From Candidatus Bathyarchaeota archaeon (GTDB lineage Archaea > Thermoproteota > Bathyarchaeia > Bathyarchaeales > Bathycorpusculaceae), in contig CAVYHV010000017.1 in NCBI GenBank assembly GCA_963768425.1, forward strand, positions 64,001-128,000: a stretch of DNA of 64,000 nt, in the 5' to 3' direction. The notes beneath the pieces were generated by a model. The model was given only the letters and a program-made list of their open reading frames with translations. It did no database searches and was not told the origin of the DNA. Positions 59,397 to 64,000 of the stretch are shown here, one piece after another. The position numbers were made by a program, and so were the translations under genes. Positions within the stretch are counted from its first letter, which is position 1, and each line of letters starts with the position of its first letter.

Positions 59397-60908
59397 ATGA
59401 CGAGTAAATATATTCGAATCTTAGACACTACCCTAAGAGATGGTGAACAAACTCCCGGGGTTTCTTTAACCTCTGAAGAGAAAATTGAGATTGCACGCCA
59501 ACTAGACAAACTAGGCGTTGACGTTATCGAAGCGGGTTTTCCAAGCTCCTCCGACGGCGAAAAAAAAGTTGTAAGAGAAATTGTCAAGTTAGGTTTAAAT
59601 TCTGAAATCTGCGCCCTTTCCAGAGCGACAAAAAAAGATATTGACGCGGCACTGGATTGCGAAGTCGACTTGATTCACGTTTTCATCCCGACTTCTGCAG
59701 TGCAGATGAAGTACGCCGTCAATTTAACGCCTGAACAAGTTTTAACTTCAGCAGTTGAGTCGATTGAGTACGTTAAGGCACACGGCGTGAAATGCGAGTT
59801 TTCACCTATGGATGCAACACGCTCCGAAATGCCCTTCCTCAAAAAAATCTGCCAAGCCGCACAGAAAGCAGGAATGGACAGCTTAAACCTGCCCGACACA
59901 GTCGGCATAATGATCCCAAGATCAATCATAAAATTCGTTGAAGATGTAAAATCCGTCGTTAACGTTCCAATAAGCATCCACTGCCACGATGACTTCGGAT
60001 TGGCAGTTGCAAACTCGCTGGCTGCAGTTGAAGCAGGCGCCGCTCAAGTGCATGTTGCCGTCAACGGGTTAGGCGAAAGGGCAGGTAACGCTTCGCTGGA
60101 AGAAGTGATTATGGCGCTGCATGTAATTTACAAGTACAAGACAGGCGTAAACAGCCGACTGCTCTACGGCACATCCCGAATGGTTTCCGCATTAACCGGC
60201 ATAGCTGTGCAGGCTAACAAGGCATTAGTCGGCGAAAACGCTTTCGCGCATGAATCCGGCATCCACACACGCGGAGTAACTGAGAAGCCATTAACCTTTG
60301 AACCGATAGACCCCGCACTAGTCGGACGCACAAGAAAACTTGTAGCTGGAAAACTAGCGGGAACAAGCGGCATCAAAGCAGAGTTGGAAGAAGTTGGCAT
60401 TAACCCAACCGAAGAGCAACTGAAAGAGATTGTCCAACGTGTTAAAGAACTTGGTGACAAGGGCAAAATGGTTACAGATGCAGATTTACTGGCGTTAACT
60501 TCCGCAGTTATGGGCGAAGTCATCAAAGAAGAAAAAATCGTTGACTTATGCGATATGGCAGTCGTCACAGGCATAAAAGTCATACCAACAGCCTCAGTGC
60601 GGCTGGTTCTAGACGGCAAAGAATACGTTGCCGCCGAGACAGGCGTGGGTCCAGTTGACGCAGTTCTTAAGGCAATCCAGAAACTAATTAGCAGCCAAGA
60701 AAAAATCCGTCTCAGAGAATATCGGCTTGAAGCTATCACTGGCGGCTCAAACGCCGTTGCAGAAGTCATCATCAAAGTGGAAGATGAAAAAGGCAACATC
60801 GTCTCAGCCCGCGCAGCAAGAGAGGACATTGTGATGGCAAGCGTCGAAGCGATGATAAACGGTATGAACAAGCTTTTGATTAAGCATAAGCAGGAAAACA
60901 AACCTTGA
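59397..60908 (+). CDS. leuA: 2-isopropylmalate synthase (or citramalate synthase) with regulatory domain
   Basis: DTTLRDGEQTPG, HCHDDFGLAVAN, GERAGNA, AFAHESGIH, GVGPVDA. Confidence 0.85.
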   Translation: MTSKYIRILDTTLRDGEQTPGVSLTSEEKIEIARQLDKLGVDVIEAGFPSSSDGEKKVVREIVKLGLNSEICALSRATKKDIDAALDCEVDLIHVFIPTSAVQMKYAVNLTPEQVLTSAVESIEYVKAHGVKCEFSPMDATRSEMPFLKKICQAAQKAGMDSLNLPDTVGIMIPRSIIKFVEDVKSVVNVPISIHCHDDFGLAVANSLAAVEAGAAQVHVAVNGLGERAGNASLEEVIMALHVIYKYKTGVNSRLLYGTSRMVSALTGIAVQANKALVGENAFAHESGIHTRGVTEKPLTFEPIDPALVGRTRKLVAGKLAGTSGIKAELEEVGINPTEEQLKEIVQRVKELGDKGKMVTDADLLALTSAVMGEVIKEEKIVDLCDMAVVTGIKVIPTASVRLVLDGKEYVAAETGVGPVDAVLKAIQKLISSQEKIRLREYRLEAITGGSNAVAEVIIKVEDEKGNIVSARAAREDIVMASVEAMINGMNKLLIKHKQENKP

Positions 60909-61717
60909 AAGTAGCCTATCAAGGTGAAACTGGTGCCTACGGCGAAATGGCGGTCTACAAGTTTTTCGGCAGCAAAGTGGAGCCATTTCCCTGCAAGGAC
61001 TTCCGCGATGTCTTCGAATCTGTAAAGACAGGCGCTGTCCCAAATGGTGTGGTCCCGATTGAGAACTCCATCGAGGGAAGCGTCAACCAAAACTATGATC
61101 TTTTCCTCACCTATGACCTCAAAGTTTGCGGCGAAGTTGCTGTGAAGCTTGCCCACGTCCTAATCGGTAATCCAGAAACCAAATTCGAGGACATCAAAAC
61201 CGTTTACTCGCATCCCCAAGCATTAGCGCAGTGCCGCAAATACTTAGAAAAGCACAAGTGGGAAATCATCCCCGCTTATGATACTGCCGGAGCCGTAAAA
61301 ATCATAAAAGAAAAAAACCTCACAAACGCTGCAGCGATCGCAAGCGAAAAAGCTGCAGACCTTTACAGCATGAAGATTCTTTCTCGAGATATCGCCGATA
61401 ATCCATCTAACTACACTCGATTTCTTGTCCTGGGCAATGAAGATGCAGCACCCACAGGTGACGATAAGACCTCGATCATTTTTTCAGCCAAACATGCTCC
61501 TGGAACTCTATACCATGCTCTTGGAGAGTTCGCGTCAAGAAACATCAACCTAACCAGAATAGAATCCAGACCGACAAAAACCACAGCTTGGCAATACAAC
61601 TTTTACCTCGACTTCGAGGGGCACAGAACCGAAAAGCGCTGCGCAGAAGCCTTAGAAGCGCTGGAAAAATACGCTACCTTCGTGAAGATTCTGGGATCTT
61701 ACCCAAGAGTCATTTAA
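60905..61717 (+). CDS. pheA: Prephenate dehydratase
   Basis: PIENSIEGSV, SHPQALAQC, NYTRF, NLTRIESRP. Confidence 0.95.
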   Translation: MKVAYQGETGAYGEMAVYKFFGSKVEPFPCKDFRDVFESVKTGAVPNGVVPIENSIEGSVNQNYDLFLTYDLKVCGEVAVKLAHVLIGNPETKFEDIKTVYSHPQALAQCRKYLEKHKWEIIPAYDTAGAVKIIKEKNLTNAAAIASEKAADLYSMKILSRDIADNPSNYTRFLVLGNEDAAPTGDDKTSIIFSAKHAPGTLYHALGEFASRNINLTRIESRPTKTTAWQYNFYLDFEGHRTEKRCAEALEALEKYATFVKILGSYPRVI

Positions 61718-61781
61718 AAGCCGTCTAGCGAAGAACAACTGTTACTTGAGCGTTGCAGAGGCCGCGAATAGAAGCGGATTT

Positions 61782-62402
61782 CTATCGCTTAACCACGTTC
61801 TTGTAGAAGTTCCCGATTATTCTGTGTCCCTCAGGATGGGTTTCGCTTTTTACAGTTATGCGTTCAGGATGAAATTGGACGCCCCAGAAGGGTTTGCTTT
61901 TGTGTTTGACGGCTTCCACTTCGCATGAAGCTGAATCCGCGAGCAAGATGAAACCTGCTTCGCTCAAGTTCTCTTTCAAAACGTAATCGAAATGGTTTTC
62001 TGAGAGCGGAACAGTTTGGTCTTTTCTGAACCCATCAAATATTCCATTTAATTCAGCTACACGGACCGCCTCAAAACGGTCCAAAACTGGCTGTTTCAAT
62101 GACCCGACTTTGGCGCCGAACGCCCAGCAGAGCAACTGATGCCCAAAGCAAATGCCTAACGTAGGCAACTCACAGGTTCGTATCAGATTAACAACCCCCT
62201 CGAATAGGCGTCTGTCAGAAGAGTCAACTATTCTAACTCCAGAACCGCTGACGATGACAGCGTCAATTTCTCCTTTCACGCAATAGTCTTCATTAATGTC
62301 TTTGAAGTGGATAATTTGGCATTGGCTGAACTTTCCAACGGCTTCAACTAAAGCCTCGCTTTTCGATTTTAAAGAACAGTTCACAACCAACGATTTAGGC
62401 AT
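61782..62402 (-). CDS. Stand-alone class I glutamine amidotransferase (GMP synthase A-like)
   Basis: PTLGICFGHQLL, GVQFHPE. Confidence 0.85.
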   Translation of the reverse strand: MPKSLVVNCSLKSKSEALVEAVGKFSQCQIIHFKDINEDYCVKGEIDAVIVSGSGVRIVDSSDRRLFEGVVNLIRTCELPTLGICFGHQLLCWAFGAKVGSLKQPVLDRFEAVRVAELNGIFDGFRKDQTVPLSENHFDYVLKENLSEAGFILLADSASCEVEAVKHKSKPFWGVQFHPERITVKSETHPEGHRIIGNFYKNVVKR

Positions 62403-62411
62403 CTGGTTTCC

Positions 62412-63288
62412 TTACTTCTCTGTGGCTTCAAGCATTTTGTACATGACTTCGTAGGACTCCGCTAAGTCGGGATCAGCTTTGAGGAGTTTGGCTTTTAGCT
62501 GCTCCATTCGGTCAACGATCGCTTGCGAGTTCTTCTGCTTAAGCAAGTCCAGCCATTCCTGCGCTTTTGCGATGTAAAGGTCTTCGATTTTTGCCATCTC
62601 AGGCAGCTTAATCTGCAGGTTAGCAAATAGATCGGGAGTTTCAAGCGCGGTTACTTCCGCCAGGGTGAAGAGCATGCGGTAAGTCGTCCCAGCCACTTGC
62701 TTGGTTTCAACGAAGCCCTTTTGATCAAGGAGAGTTTCGCAGACGGCTAATCCAAGGAAATGGGGCAATCCGAGAACGACGGACATGAGTTGGTCATGTT
62801 TTTTGGGGGTCATTATGAAAACATGCGCTTCTTCCTTTTCCAGCCATTTCCTAAAGCCATCCGCATACTTCTCCTCGGCATCGTTCGTAGGTGTGAGGAC
62901 GTAAGCTTTGTGTTTTACGCCTTTGCTGCCTGGACCAAAAACCGGATGAGTGCCCAACACCAAGCCATGCTTGATGTATTGATGCATGACTTTGACGGGG
63001 TATTCCTTGATTGAACATATGTCCGTGACCGCCTGCCCATCATGAACGTAAGGAGCTATTTTTTTAACGACATCTTCAAAGCTGCTAATAGAAACGCAAA
63101 TCACGATTTCGTCGGCTGCCTTGACTGCTTCTACAAAGTCAGTGGTAGTTTCAACGCCTAGTTCTTTTCCGAGACTTAGACAGTTTCTCAGCTTTTCTGT
63201 CTGACAGAATTACGCTGTCGCCTTTCTCTTTGCAAAACTTTGCGAACCAAACACCCATTTTTCCCGCGCCGAGAACGGCGGTTTTCAT
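62412..63288 (-). CDS. tyrA: Prephenate dehydrogenase, frameshift near 63175
   Basis: Manual N-terminus MKTAVLGAGKMGVWFA; DICSIK, HPVFGP, HDQLMSVVLGLPH. Confidence 0.9.
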
Positions 63289-64000
63289 TTAAGCGCCTCG
63301 CTGATTTTATCCAACCCGACCTTTATTTCTTCTCTGGGGGCAGTCAAGGAGATTCGGAAGTGTTCTCTGTAGTCGCCAAATGCTGTTCCTGGAGCCACGG
63401 CGACGCCTTTGTCAAGCAGGTCCAATGTGAATTTTTCTGAGTCCAAACCTTTACGTTTGGGGAACACGTAGAAGGGTGCTTCAGGTTCTGTGAAGGAAAG
63501 CCCTGCTTTCGCCAATGTTTTGCATGCAATTTTTGCGCGTTGTGCGTATTCTTTTTCGATGGTTTTAGTAAGGTTCTTCTGCATTTCAAGGCCTTTCAGA
63601 GCTGCTTCTTGGATGAAGACTGGGACGTTGTTTATGGTAATTTGGTTTAGTTTTGTGATGTTGTCAATTAGTGGCTTGTTAGCTATGATGTAGCCGATTC
63701 GCCAGCCTGTCATGGTGAACATTTTTGAGAATCCATTTGAAAGAACGTGGGTGTTGTTGCCGTCGTATTCAAGGATGCTTTTTGTTTTCACGAAGCTGAT
63801 AGGACCATAAACTTCGTCTGACAGAATGGTAATGCCTTTCTTGTTGGCGATTTCCACAATGCCGTCTAAAGTCTTGGAATCCATAACTTTGCTTGTCGGG
63901 TTATTCGGGTTGTTTAGAATTATCATCTTTGTGTTTTTGTCTATCAATGCTTCAAGCTTGCATAAATCCACTTTCCAGCCGTCTTCCATTTCAGTTCTAA
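63285..64000 (-). CDS. PLP-dependent class I/II aminotransferase, C-terminal part (runs off the window edge)
   Basis: NNPNNPT, SDEVY, FSKMFTMTGWRIG, PGTAFG, RISL. Confidence 0.92.
   Translation of the reverse strand, partial: RTEMEDGWKVDLCKLEALIDKNTKMIILNNPNNPTSKVMDSKTLDGIVEIANKKGITILSDEVYGPISFVKTKSILEYDGNNTHVLSNGFSKMFTMTGWRIGYIIANKPLIDNITKLNQITINNVPVFIQEAALKGLEMQKNLTKTIEKEYAQRAKIACKTLAKAGLSFTEPEAPFYVFPKRKGLDSEKFTLDLLDKGVAVAPGTAFGDYREHFRISLTAPREEIKVGLDKISEALK

Noticed and set aside
54826-61156. Long antisense ORFs (for example 54826-55707 and 60164-61156)
   Set aside because: They are shadows of well-supported plus-strand ilv/leu genes and carry no motifs.
4875-63288. Many split genes (carB, thrC, PQQ proteins, yyaL, htpX, larE, larC, HAD fusion, tyrA and others) read as pseudogenes or programmed frameshifts
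   Set aside because: The breaks are single-base indels, often in short homopolymers, scattered over unrelated and essential genes with otherwise intact motifs. Uncorrected long-read error is the simplest explanation.

Overview
An archaeal chromosomal window, most consistent with Bathyarchaeia (inference from ftr, LysW-type pathway, large PQQ-like beta-propeller surface proteins, duplicated-domain Lrp regulators, and BRE/TATA promoters). It is mostly amino-acid biosynthesis: the DUF39-CBS/NIL-ferredoxin/UPF0280 homocysteine cluster, argG-argH-carA-carB, thrC-hom-ask, lysWXYZJK, ilvBN-leuCDBA-pheA and tyrA with an aminotransferase. It also carries larBCE, rpiA, htpX, surface proteins and accessory genes. 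About a dozen genes are broken by single-base indels, which look like long-read assembly errors. I saw no tRNA, rRNA, CRISPR array or transposase. The best signals are non-coding or very small. (1) A preQ1-I riboswitch-like pseudoknot lies between an archaeal BRE/TATA promoter and queT (25448-25485). (2) A 16-codon upstream ORF ending Val-Leu-Ile-Leu precedes the branched-chain amino-acid operon (54107-54157), a candidate attenuation leader peptide; a weaker Lys-rich analogue precedes lysW. (3) A dispersed ~155-bp element with a 10-bp-phased GACTT array occurs three times, once directly upstream of an AbrB-like gene.
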